Assembly (NCBI GenBank): GCA_963721525.1
Contig: CAVRJL010000007.1
Coordinates: forward strand, 1-48,902
Length of the DNA stretch: 48,902 bases
DNA from: an uncultured Negativicutes bacterium
GTDB taxonomy: Bacteria; Bacillota; Negativicutes; JBAXTZ01
Direction of reading: 5' to 3'
Of this stretch, positions 32,620 through 44,382 are shown one piece after another. Position 1 is the first letter of the stretch, and every line of letters starts with the position of its first letter. Both the position numbers and the translations under genes were made by a program. Below the pieces are notes generated by a model. It was not told where the DNA came from. It was given only the letters and a program-made list of their open reading frames with translations, and did no database searches.

Positions 32620-33370
32620 ATGAGTGGAATGATAAGTGCTGTTGTTTTAACTAAAAATGAAGCAAATAACATTGAACGCTGTCTTCGCTCTCTTCTGTGG
32701 TGTGATGAAATTGTTATTGTAGATGATTATTCTACTGACTCAACTCTTTTAAAAGCAAAGAAATTCAAAAATATATTTATTCATGAATTGTCAGGTGATT
32801 TTGCTCAACAAAGAAATTTCGGTCTCAAGAAAGCCAAAAATGACTGGATATTCTTCGTTGATGCAGATGAAGAAGTCTCATTATCTTTACAATACGAAAT
32901 AACAAATATTGTAGGAAATCAATTCAACGACACTATTGGGTTTTATATTAAACGGGTTGACGAGCTATGGAACAAAAAAATTCTTCATGGAGAATCAGGT
33001 AATTATTTTCCTTCGTTTCGCCAAAAAAGATATGGGAATATGGGAAGGTAGAGTGCATGAAGTGTGGAAAGGGAAGGGAAGAATAGGAGAGTTACAAAAT
33101 GTTCTATATCATTATCCACATCCTAATATTTCTAACTTTTTGCAGGAAATTAATCTTTACTCAGATCTGCGTGCTCATGAGCTTTATGATAAAAAAACCA
33201 AAATACATACATGGCAAGTAGTTCTTTATCCAAAAGCAAAATTTTTTCACAATTACATTCTGAAATTAGGATTTCTAGACGGTATCGAAGGGTTAATTAT
33301 AGCAGTTATGATGAGTTTTCATTCTTTTCTCGTTCGCGGTAAGTTATGGTACCTTTACCAACATGAATAA
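32620..33370 (+). CDS. GT2 glycosyltransferase, WaaE/beta-1,4-glucosyltransferase-like (frameshift near 33005)
   Basis: TKNE..NI..CL, VDDYSTD, FAQQRN, VDADE, VHE, GFLDGIEG. Confidence 0.88.
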
Positions 33371-34862
33371 ATGGCTGCTTATTGGTTGTGTGGTTTTTTT
33401 TGCTTTTGCTTTGCGTTTATGGAATTTAAATGCTGCAGGACAAACATGGGACGAATTTTCACAACTTGATACAGGTTATAAGTATATCGAATTTATTCTT
33501 CATGGAGATTTCTCTGATCCTTTTTGGACCGATTTCCCCGACCAGCCGCCACTAGCTAGGTATTTTTATGGCCTAGCTGCTAATTTCGATATTGCTAATA
33601 TATCTCCAAACGGACAGATTACTTATCAATACGATTGGACAAATAGTCGTCTTATTTCCATACTATTTTCAACTGCGACCATTTTTTTAACAATCATTAT
33701 CGGATGGGAATATATTTCATTCTTCACCGGGACTGTGGCTGGGCTTATTTTGAGTATTTTGCCAATTTTTCTGGGACTTTCTCAGCTGGTAACACTTGAA
33801 TCCGTTTTCACCTTCTTTTTTACTGCGGGAATATATGTATTTCTTAAATATCTTAAGAATAGAACCACAAGGGCAATGATTTTTACTGGTATAATTTCAG
33901 GCTTGGCAGTTAGTACTAAATTGACAGATATTTTGCTTTTACCTATTTATGCGACAATTATATTTATTTTTAAGTTTTATAATAAGAATATCTCGTTGAA
34001 GAAGTATATAATGCCGATGCTTCTTATAACAGCAATAACATTTGTTGTGTTTTTTATTTCGTGGCCGGCTCTTTGGTTTAATACTATCTTGGTATGGCAA
34101 AAAACTGTATCTTTTCGTTTCGGACCAGCTGATTCTACTGAATTATTTTTTGGTAGAAATATCACTTCACCTCTTTGGTATTTCTTTTTTTATTTTTTAG
34201 TTACTACACCATTACTTGTCGTTATATTGTTTTTAATAGGGTTAGTACAAGGATATAGAAAAAGAAATTTTTTTCTTTCTACGTTGTTTGTTTGGTTTCT
34301 ATTTCCATTTATCCAATCATTTTACCACGATCGAACCAATGGTATTCGCTACATAGTTGAAGTATATGTACCGATGTCATTGTTTGTTGCATTTGGCATA
34401 GAAAGTTTAACAAAAAAATTAAATAAAAAAATAGAGATTAGAGCATCAATTGTAACAATACTTGTAATATATTTACTAGTCGTTGATGCATCAATTACTC
34501 CATATTATTTAAGTTATTTTAATCAATTGGTTGGGGGAACTGAAAATGTCTATCAGCATAAATGGTTCCCGCTTGGGTGGTGGGGAGAGGGACAGCGTGA
34601 AGCCTCATATTATCTGGCTGAGAACGGATTTCCTGGGATGACAATTGGGTTACAGCTTATTCCTAAATATGTCATACCTATTATTCAAGGAGCACAGTAT
34701 GAATACTATAATCCTAAACATAAATATGATTATATTATAGTTAATTACCTTTCAGATATTCGTGATAATTTTAACGAAGACTCCCTAAAAAATAATTATA
34801 AATTGGTTTATCAAACCCTAGCCGCGGGAGCACCGATTGTGGATGTATATAAACATAAATAA
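33363..34862 (+). CDS. GT-C fold glycosyltransferase, GT39/ArnT-like (intact)
   Basis: ALRLWNL...TWDE, DQPPLARY, SRLISILF, GLAVSTK, GIRYI. Confidence 0.85.
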   Translation: MNKWLLIGCVVFFAFALRLWNLNAAGQTWDEFSQLDTGYKYIEFILHGDFSDPFWTDFPDQPPLARYFYGLAANFDIANISPNGQITYQYDWTNSRLISILFSTATIFLTIIIGWEYISFFTGTVAGLILSILPIFLGLSQLVTLESVFTFFFTAGIYVFLKYLKNRTTRAMIFTGIISGLAVSTKLTDILLLPIYATIIFIFKFYNKNISLKKYIMPMLLITAITFVVFFISWPALWFNTILVWQKTVSFRFGPADSTELFFGRNITSPLWYFFFYFLVTTPLLVVILFLIGLVQGYRKRNFFLSTLFVWFLFPFIQSFYHDRTNGIRYIVEVYVPMSLFVAFGIESLTKKLNKKIEIRASIVTILVIYLLVVDASITPYYLSYFNQLVGGTENVYQHKWFPLGWWGEGQREASYYLAENGFPGMTIGLQLIPKYVIPIIQGAQYEYYNPKHKYDYIIVNYLSDIRDNFNEDSLKNNYKLVYQTLAAGAPIVDVYKHK

Positions 34863-34941
34863 ATTTTGTGAATAAGATTTTCTATTTTCTATTTTTACTT
34901 TGGACTATCATAATTTTATTTCTTTATTTTTCTCATCTTCT

Positions 34942-36717
34942 ATGCCGCACACAATTTTGTTTAAAAATATAATAAAATCAAAATCTACTAGACACATCTT
35001 TTCATTTATAATTTTCTTTTTTTGTGCTGTCTACATTACGTATCCTCTTATATTCCATATGGGAGATATGGTAACAGGTTTTGGTGATGAAATGCTTATT
35101 GCATGGATACAGAGTTGGGTGCAGCATCAATTATTAACTAACCCTTTTCATCTCTTTCAAGCTAATATATTTTATCCTTTTATTGACTCACTGGCATATT
35201 CTGACGCATTTATTACTTCAAGCTTAATTTCTTGGATTCCAGTACTTCTCATAAGACAGCCGATCGTTTCAGTTAATTTTACCTTAATTAGTAGTATAGA
35301 ATTACTTGGCTTTAGCATATATCTTTTATCTTACTATCTAACGAAAGATTGGATCTTATCTTTGGTTTCAGGATTTATAGTTGTATTTTCTCCAGCAGTA
35401 TTGAGTAACTATATTCCTTTACAAACTCTTAGCGTTTATTGGGTTCCGCTTGCTATATTATTCTTTCTAATTTATCTTAAAAATCGAGAGTTTAAAAATC
35501 TCATTTTTTGCTTGATATGTTTTGACTTACAAGCTTTAAATCGTTTCATAGAAAGATCTATTTTTATAAGTCTTGTTGTTGTTAGCATCTTTTACTATGT
35601 ATACGACAAGAGAAAAGTTATTAATCTTTGTACTAAGAAGCATATGTTTGCACTACTTATTTCATGTTTTATTCTTCTTCCAATTATTATTCCTTACTAT
35701 CAAGTCTCACAAACATATCATTATGTAAGAGACATTCGCGACACTATTCACTTTGCTTTACAACCTGAAGACTTACTGGTTACCAATAATTTCTCACGAT
35801 TGCAGCCAATATTTAATCAAAATCTTTTTCATGAACATATTGCTCAAAATGCAGAGATAAAACAGGGATTTCTAGGGGGTGTATTTACATTATTAGTAGT
35901 TATTACATTTTGGTATTTTTTAAAAAAATGGAAAAAAACAACAATTATAGAAAAATCATTTATCACGATTTCTCTTCTAGGTTTCAGCCTAAGCTTTTGG
36001 ACCTTTTCTACATATTGATAGGCTTACAATTCATCATCCATTCCCTATACCCTTACCATATATTCTCTTTTTTTACTATCTAGCTCCGGGTTTTGAGGGA
36101 TTTAGAAATTCTTCACGTTTTGAGATGCTATTTGTTCTTTTTGCTGCAGTGCTTATATCAGTTTGTCTAAAACAGATACTTGCAAAAAAATCTGAAAATC
36201 TAAAAAACCTTTTGGTTATGGTCATAGGTATATTGGTAATTTTAGAGTTTAATTTTCCAATGACATTCGTTCATATGCCGCAAAAAAGTGAATTTCCCAA
36301 AGTCTATTCGTATGTAAACGAGCTTCCTAAAGGGTCCCCAATTGTTGAGATGCCGATTTATAACTGGAATATGTTTCCTTATGCTACACAGGAACTAATA
36401 GAGACTATTATTCTATCGAAAATTTTCATCCGTTAGTAAATGGAGCGAGTGGGTATTCACCACTTCCGTGGCAGGATATGGTAAATAAATTAGCCTATCA
36501 ATTTCCAATGGATGCATCAATACAAACCCTACGTTTAATCGGCGTAAAATACATTATTGTTCATAAAAAAGAATTTGATATGTTGCATAAAAATGGCTTT
36601 ATGTTACAAAAGAAAAAAATTGCTGATGGAACGGTTATTATTGAAGAGCTAAGAAAAAATAAGTCAATTAAATTTATAAAAAAGCTTCAGGATGATTACG
36701 TTTTCAAGATGCTATAA
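34942..36717 (+). CDS. Polytopic membrane protein, probable GT-C fold (frameshifts)
   Basis: ITYPL...GDEMLIAWI..W, ANIFYP..SLAYSD, PGF.G.R..SRF, LVNGASG, GVKYIIVH. Start uncertain. Confidence 0.65.
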
Positions 36718-36720
36718 AAT

Positions 36721-38361
36721 ATGTCTATTTTAGGAATATTTATTGGTCTCTATGCATACGGAATATTGTTTTTAGGACTATTTAGCCTATTATATAAAAA
36801 TATTATTATTATTTACACGGTTACTTTTTTTGTACTTACATATATTATTTTAAAAAATAAATTAGAGTATAAAAAATATATTGCTTGTACTAAAGAATTT
36901 ACTCGATATTTAAAAAGGGAGATAGATTCCACAAATTGTTTTTTAATTATTGTTTTACAAGTAGCTGTTAATCTTATTGGTGCTCTTGCCCCTGAGTTGG
37001 CATTTGGACGCTCTTTGGTACCATTTAACGCTTCCTAAGCTTTATCTTTTGTCTCACGCAATTATTCATATTCCTGGTAATCTATAAACTTACAGTGATA
37101 TGCCCAAATTTGGGGAGCTATTGTATACAGCTGCCCTTGCCATTTTAATGAGGAATTGGCAAAACTTATTCAATTTGGGGCGGGGTTACTATGTTGTATA
37201 ATGACTTATTTAATAGCACGAAGATATGTTTCACAAAAGTACGCACTTATTGCAGCTGCTATTTTTTATAGCAATATTGCAGTCGCATGGGAATCAACAA
37301 CTGCATATATCGATCTTATCAGAGCAGTATTTGAAGTTCTAGCAGTATGGAGTTTTCTTAAATGGTTTCACTCTAAGAGTAAAAAATCTTACTATCTTTC
37401 AGCTGTTTTTACTGGGTTGGCTATAACTACTAAACTACTAGGAATAGGAACATTAGCAATCTTGTTAATATTAATATATTTTTCAGAAAGAAATGTGTTT
37501 ATATACTCTAGTGCTTTTCTAAATCTCTTTTTTTCTATACTGCGATTACTCTTCTTATACCCTCCCCGTGGTTTATATTTTCTTTTTTCCACACGGGAAA
37601 TCCAGTATATCCATTTTTTACATCTATCTATCCAACTCACTTTAATTCAAATGTTATTAACCCTGTTTTCTTCTTACAATCTCTAATACAACTCTTTACT
37701 TCATCATCTGATCCTGTTGCACCTATTTACATTATCGTTTTACCTCTTATTTTTTGGAAGTATAAGACATTTACACCTGAATTGAAAGTTATTATTTGGT
37801 ACTCTATATTGGCACTACTTGTTTGGTATATCACCCCGCAAACAGGAGGGGGGAGATCTTATCATTCCTTATTTACCTTTTTTTTTCAATAATCGTGGCC
37901 TATTTATTTTTTACGTTTGACAAGTTGATAACTACATGGGATATCAAATACAGGAATATAATACTAATTACTATCATAATTATTTCATTAACTAGTATTT
38001 TATATCGCGGTATTGTCAATATTAGATATATTCCAGTTGTTTTCGGTTTTGAGACTAAAGCTCAGTTTTTAACAAAAAACTTAAATTTTTCCTTCGGAGA
38101 TTTTTATGACACTGATGGATATTTTAAAAAAAAAATATTAAATCTTATGATATGGTCTTACTTTATGGATTTCATAACTTATACTATGTCAATTTTCCTT
38201 TTTTAGATTCTTCATGGGTAAAAAAAGGAGATAGGTTTAATTACATTGCAGTACAGGAAAGCTCACTACCAATCCGGTTCAACTCTTGGAAGAAAATATA
38301 TACTAACCCAAAAACTCATGTTGTACTATATTCTGATGGGGGATTGATATGGGAATATTAA
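36721..38361 (+). CDS. GT-C fold (GT39-like) membrane glycosyltransferase (several frameshifts)
   Basis: APELAF-DALWYHL, AYIDL, GLAITTK, TGNPVYP recognisable across frames. Confidence 0.7.
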
Positions 38362-39468
38362 AACCAGCATTGTATGCTTTATCAATCATTTCGATACTTT
38401 GGTTGCTTAAGGTATTTTATTTAATAACCTTATCCAGATTTTTCTGTCTATTATTTGTCTGCTAAGACATTTGCATTGTCTGGAAATCCTTATTATCACA
38501 TATTTGATACAAAAGACTTATTTTTGTATGAGCCTCTTGTTCTTTATTTATTTCTTAAACTATTCACATACTTATCTATTTATTTAGCAAGTCAAACTTT
38601 TACATTTTTATCTTTATGCTGTTTCTTTGTGTCTCTTTATTATTTATGTAAAACTGTAAAGATTAATATTACTTCATGGCAAGGAGCATTATTTATAATT
38701 GCTACTTAGGGTCAATTTATTTTCCGACGAAATTTACTCTTGGAATGGGACAAATTAATATGATAACTCTTTTATTAACCAGTTTTATTTTTTATTTTTA
38801 CTCTAAGAAAAAACGAAACTGCTACGGGCATTATATTAGGATTATCAATCGTCATTAAATTTTTTCCGGTACTTCTTTTAGTATATTTGTTGTTTCGTAA
38901 AAAGATAAAGATTTTCTTAATAACAATAGCGACGGTCTTATCTCTTTTTCTGATCAGTTCTATAATTCAGTCAAATCTAACAAACATTTATATATTTAAT
39001 ATCCTTCCAGGCCTATTTAAACGCTCATCCGACTGCTTATTATAATCAAGCTCTTTCGGGTTTAATTTGGGATCATTACCAAACTTTCCCTTTGCGACCT
39101 TGTTACGAACTCTAATAACAATATTATTTCTTATTGTTACATTAATATTTATATATACAAAACGATCTAAAACTCAACAAAATCTTCTTTTTAGTTTACT
39201 TATCACTTTTAGTATTATTTTTAATAGTTTTTCCTGGCTAGGGCATCATTTTGTATTGTTACTTCCTGCATATTTTTTCGTCTTTATATATCTACAAAAG
39301 CATAAATTTGAAAATTTATCTTTATATGGCATTTTATTTATAAGTTATCTTCTAACTGGAATTAATTTATCAAATCCCACTCTCTATCCTTCTTTTATAC
39401 AATCACATGTGTTCTATGGAGGATTATTATTGTATACTGAAATACTCGTATATATTATACCGATATGA
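38349..39468 (+). CDS. GT87 family (DUF2029; PimE/AftC-like) glycosyltransferase (several frameshifts)
   Basis: YPDFSVYY, GNPY, FLYEP, LGMGQIN, IKFFP, YNQAL, SW.HH. Confidence 0.75.
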
Positions 39469-40664
39469 TAGCTAAGATACTGTTTATCTTTATTTGTTTT
39501 GGATTATTTATAAATCAAGCAGGTAGGATTGATTTAGGTAACAATATTGCATTCACCGTACTGGATATAAGCGTTAGTGTTTTCTTATTGTATACTTTAC
39601 TTGTAATTAAAAAAAACAATCAAGTAAAATCTAAAGATTTATTTAGGAGACCTTTTCTTATTTTTATCTTATTGGCACTTATTTCACTTCTTGCAAATAT
39701 TTTTCGTTATACATGGCAACAAGATCTAATATCAGGATTATATTTAATTCGATTTGTTATATATTGTCTTATGTATAAAGCAATACAGATACAGTTTGTT
39801 AAATCAAAACAATTTGTTGTTATTAGTTTAGTTACGACATCAATTGCTTTGTTGATAGCTGGATTGATGCAGTATTTTTTTTATTCCAACTTAAGAAATC
39901 TTTACTACCTAGGTTGGGATGATCATTTGTATCGTTTGTTTAGCACATTTTTTGACCCTAATTTCGCTGGTTCGTTCATGGTTTTAATGTTTTTATTTAT
40001 TTGTATGCTTTTTAGTCGATCCTTAAAAAAACATAATAAAATCTCTATATTGCTAGTTTTCCTATTACTTACTGGATTACTAGAAATATTTCTTTTTCTC
40101 AAGAAGTGCACTGATAATGTTATTTGTCTGTTCATTCGTTTATCTTTTCTTCTTAAGAAAACGAAGTATGTTTTATTAATAATTCTAACTATTATTTTTA
40201 TCTATTTTATAGTTGCTCCTAGCTCAACGGTCGAGAATACTAATTTTCTGAGAAGTGCATCAAGTCTAGCAAGACTTAAATCTGAGCAAACAGTGATACA
40301 AGTTATTATAAAAAACCCGGTTTTAGGTGTGGGATTTGATGCATACCGCTATGCTCAAGTACAGTATGGTTACAGAACACTTTTGGGAGCTCAAACAAGT
40401 CATGCGGATTCGGGAACAGATAGTAGTCTCTTATTTGTATTCGCAACAACTGGTGTTTTCGGTTTTATCGCATATATTTTTTTACAATATAGAATACTTA
40501 AAATACTATATTCTGAATTTAAACAAAAAAAGTCTGTCTTCTCAATATTATTGATTGCGTCACTTTGCGGATTATATATTGACAGTTTTTTTATTAATAG
40601 TCTGTTTTATCCGAGTATTTTGTTGTGGATGATGATATTACTTGGTGTCAGGGATTATACGTAA
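39465..40664 (+). CDS. O-antigen ligase/Wzy_C family membrane protein
   Basis: RLFSTFFDPNFAG, AR.....I..NPVLGVGF, ATTGVFG; about 11 TMs. Confidence 0.8.
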   Translation: MIAKILFIFICFGLFINQAGRIDLGNNIAFTVLDISVSVFLLYTLLVIKKNNQVKSKDLFRRPFLIFILLALISLLANIFRYTWQQDLISGLYLIRFVIYCLMYKAIQIQFVKSKQFVVISLVTTSIALLIAGLMQYFFYSNLRNLYYLGWDDHLYRLFSTFFDPNFAGSFMVLMFLFICMLFSRSLKKHNKISILLVFLLLTGLLEIFLFLKKCTDNVICLFIRLSFLLKKTKYVLLIILTIIFIYFIVAPSSTVENTNFLRSASSLARLKSEQTVIQVIIKNPVLGVGFDAYRYAQVQYGYRTLLGAQTSHADSGTDSSLLFVFATTGVFGFIAYIFLQYRILKILYSEFKQKKSVFSILLIASLCGLYIDSFFINSLFYPSILLWMMILLGVRDYT

Positions 40665-41361
40665 CACTTTTTTGAACAGTTGTCGTATTTCCTGCTGTAT
40701 CAGTAGCCACAATATTAACTTGATTATCTCCATTTTGTAAAGGAAGTGTATAACTGAAATTCCCTTGATCATCTACAATAGCCCAAAACCCATTAACTGT
40801 AACTTTAGCGTCTGTATCTGTTGTTCCTTGTACTACAGTCGTTTTATTACCTCCTGAGAATGTTTGATTATCGGTGGGCGAATTAACTGTTAAATTAGGT
40901 CCTTTATTAATATAATTAATAGAGAATGTTTGAATAAGAGCTTTCTTTGTTGTTATTATCAATAGCCATAGCCTTAATATCATTATCTCCCGGCATAAGT
41001 TGAACATTATCAAAACTAAATGAACCATTTTGATCAGCAATTTTATCTGTTACATAATTTCCGTCTACATATAGCTTAATATCTTGATTTTGAATAGCAC
41101 TTCCTGTGATACTAACTGTTGCGCTATTGGTTGCAGTAAAAGTCTCATTTAAAACCGGTGCAGCAACATAACTGACAACGGAACTACCACTATTAGAAGT
41201 ATTTTTTACTGTTTTTCCTTGACTAATGAACACTGCAAATTTTGTTAGTAGAGGTAAGCCGTATATAGACAAAAAGATAATAACCAAAAGAGAACCTAAA
41301 AGACTTAAATACATGGTTCGTTTGCTTTGTCTTCCAGATGACGTCGAAAATGTGATGACAT
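40648..41361 (-). CDS. Membrane-anchored protein with two bacterial Ig-like domains (frameshifts)
   Basis: N-terminal TM, S/T-rich linker, two repeats of the pattern G.F...V.L..GDN.I...A.D..GN. Confidence 0.8.
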
Positions 41362-41424
41362 AATTTAACTAATAACAATCATAGTATACATTTTTTTATT
41401 TTAATTTACATCTTTATGTCATTG

Positions 41425-41496
41425 AGCCGAAGGTGGGATTTGAACCCACGACTTGCTCTTTACGAAAGAGCTACTCTACCCCTGAGTTACTTCGGC
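41425..41496 (-). tRNA. tRNA-Thr(CGT)
   Basis: GCCGAAG/CTTCGGC acceptor, ACTC/GAGT D-stem, GCTCT-TTCGTAA-AGAGC, GTGGG-TTCAAAT-CCCAC. CCA not encoded. TGTTAAAAT extended -10 at 41507-41515. Confidence 0.95.
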
Positions 41497-41555
41497 ATAC
41501 AGACACATTTTAACATGTATGCAGGTGGGTAAGTTGAAGAGGTGACTGTTAATAG

Positions 41556-41963
41556 TTAATTGTGTCGGTATTTTCTAATAACCCTAATTTGCATAATAGC
41601 TTTTTGCAGTTCAGCCGAAGCTAGTATATATTCTTCATTAGTTAGTTTTTCCTGCATTAATTTTTCTGCGCGTTCCTTGGCTTCTTCAACTTTTGCTAAT
41701 TCTAGATCTTCAACTCGTGCTGCGTAGTCGGCAAGAACTGATACCATGTTATTCTGAACAGTAACAAAACCTCCATATACTGCAAGTGGTGTTGTATTCC
41801 CACCTTTTTTTATCAATACGGCTCCTGGAGCGATCTGACAAACAATAGGGGCATGGTGAGGGAGTACGCCAATAACACCGTCTGTTGTTGGTAAAATCAC
41901 TTCTTCAACATTATCATTAAATATTTCCTTTTCTGGGTGAAGAATTTGTAGCTGCAATGTCAT
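41556..41963 (-). CDS. atpC: ATP synthase F1 epsilon
   Basis: GVIGVLPHHAP, AVYGGF, SVLAD, C-terminal helices. Confidence 0.95.
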   Translation of the reverse strand: MTLQLQILHPEKEIFNDNVEEVILPTTDGVIGVLPHHAPIVCQIAPGAVLIKKGGNTTPLAVYGGFVTVQNNMVSVLADYAARVEDLELAKVEEAKERAEKLMQEKLTNEEYILASAELQKAIMQIRVIRKYRHN

Positions 41964-42081
41964 ATATTTGTAAAAGATTTATTAATGTTAATCTAGTAAT
42001 TAAAAAAACAAAATAAGATCTTAATTTCTTTATAAATTAATTATTTGTTAAATACTGAGAAGTTTAATAGTTACAAAAAAA

Positions 42082-43507
<1,426 letters not shown>

Positions 43508-43519
43508 TTATTGTATTAA

Positions 43520-44371
43520 TTATCCTGCGAATGCCGATCCTGATATATCAAGTAATTCACTGGTAATCCGTTCCTGACGTGTCTTATTATACAATAATTT
43601 AAGATCCTCTATAATCTCATTTGCATTGTCAGTCGCATTTTTCATCGCTGTCATCTGAGCTGCTTGGAATGAAGCATAACTTTCAAGCATTGAATGATAA
43701 ATTGTCATTTCAATGTATCTTGTTAATAGTTCAGGTAAGATTTCTTCGGCACTAGGTTCGAAAGAAACAATAGCGCTTCCTTTAGTCATTACCACTTCCT
43801 CCGGCATTTTTATGGGTAAAAGTTGCATGACTTCAGGAGTTTGGGTAAAAACACTCTTAAATTGTGTTGTTAATATATAAACTCTACTCACGTCTCCTTT
43901 TAAAAAGTATTCGTCAATTACTGAAAGAATAGGATAGACAGCTGAGAAACTTGGAATAATATTGCCAAATGGAAATGATGCAAGTATTGTTTTTTTACTG
44001 CGGGCTGCATAGGGTTCAATTTTTTTCCCAACAGTAATAAGAGAACACTCTGCATTTTTTATTTGTTTATGAAATTCCCTTACTAAACTTGGAATCATAC
44101 TTCCACATAGTCCTTTATCCGGTGAAATAACTATATATAGATCAACTTTGCCGCTATTTTCTTTTAAATAAGATATTCTTTCCCCAGGTTCAATATTATT
44201 TACAATTGAGCGCATGACTTCAATTAATTTATCTGTGTATGGGCGAGATGAAACCGTTGTGTCTTGGGCTCGTTTTAATTTAGATGTAGCAATCATGTTT
44301 AACGCTCTGGTTGTTTTAGAAATATTTTGCGCAGTTTTGATTCTTCTTTTAAGTTGTATAATTGCTGCCAT
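43520..44371 (-). CDS. atpG: ATP synthase F1 gamma
   Basis: KTTRALNMIA, DKGLCG, AMKNATDNA, YNKTRQERITSEL. Confidence 0.95.
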   Translation of the reverse strand: MAAIIQLKRRIKTAQNISKTTRALNMIATSKLKRAQDTTVSSRPYTDKLIEVMRSIVNNIEPGERISYLKENSGKVDLYIVISPDKGLCGSMIPSLVREFHKQIKNAECSLITVGKKIEPYAARSKKTILASFPFGNIIPSFSAVYPILSVIDEYFLKGDVSRVYILTTQFKSVFTQTPEVMQLLPIKMPEEVVMTKGSAIVSFEPSAEEILPELLTRYIEMTIYHSMLESYASFQAAQMTAMKNATDNANEIIEDLKLLYNKTRQERITSELLDISGSAFAG

Positions 44372-44382
44372 ATAAAAAAAGG

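Noticed and set aside
24812-39468. Phase variation by homopolymer slippage in glycan genes (runs near 25100, 25690, 38130)
   Set aside because: Essential genes (rplU, rpmA, atpA, atpD, ileS, dnaE) show the same kind of indels, so sequencing error is the simpler explanation.
14287-41496. Integrative element or prophage at either tRNA
   Set aside because: No integrase, phage or conjugation genes, and no att-like duplication of tRNA 3' ends was found by eye.
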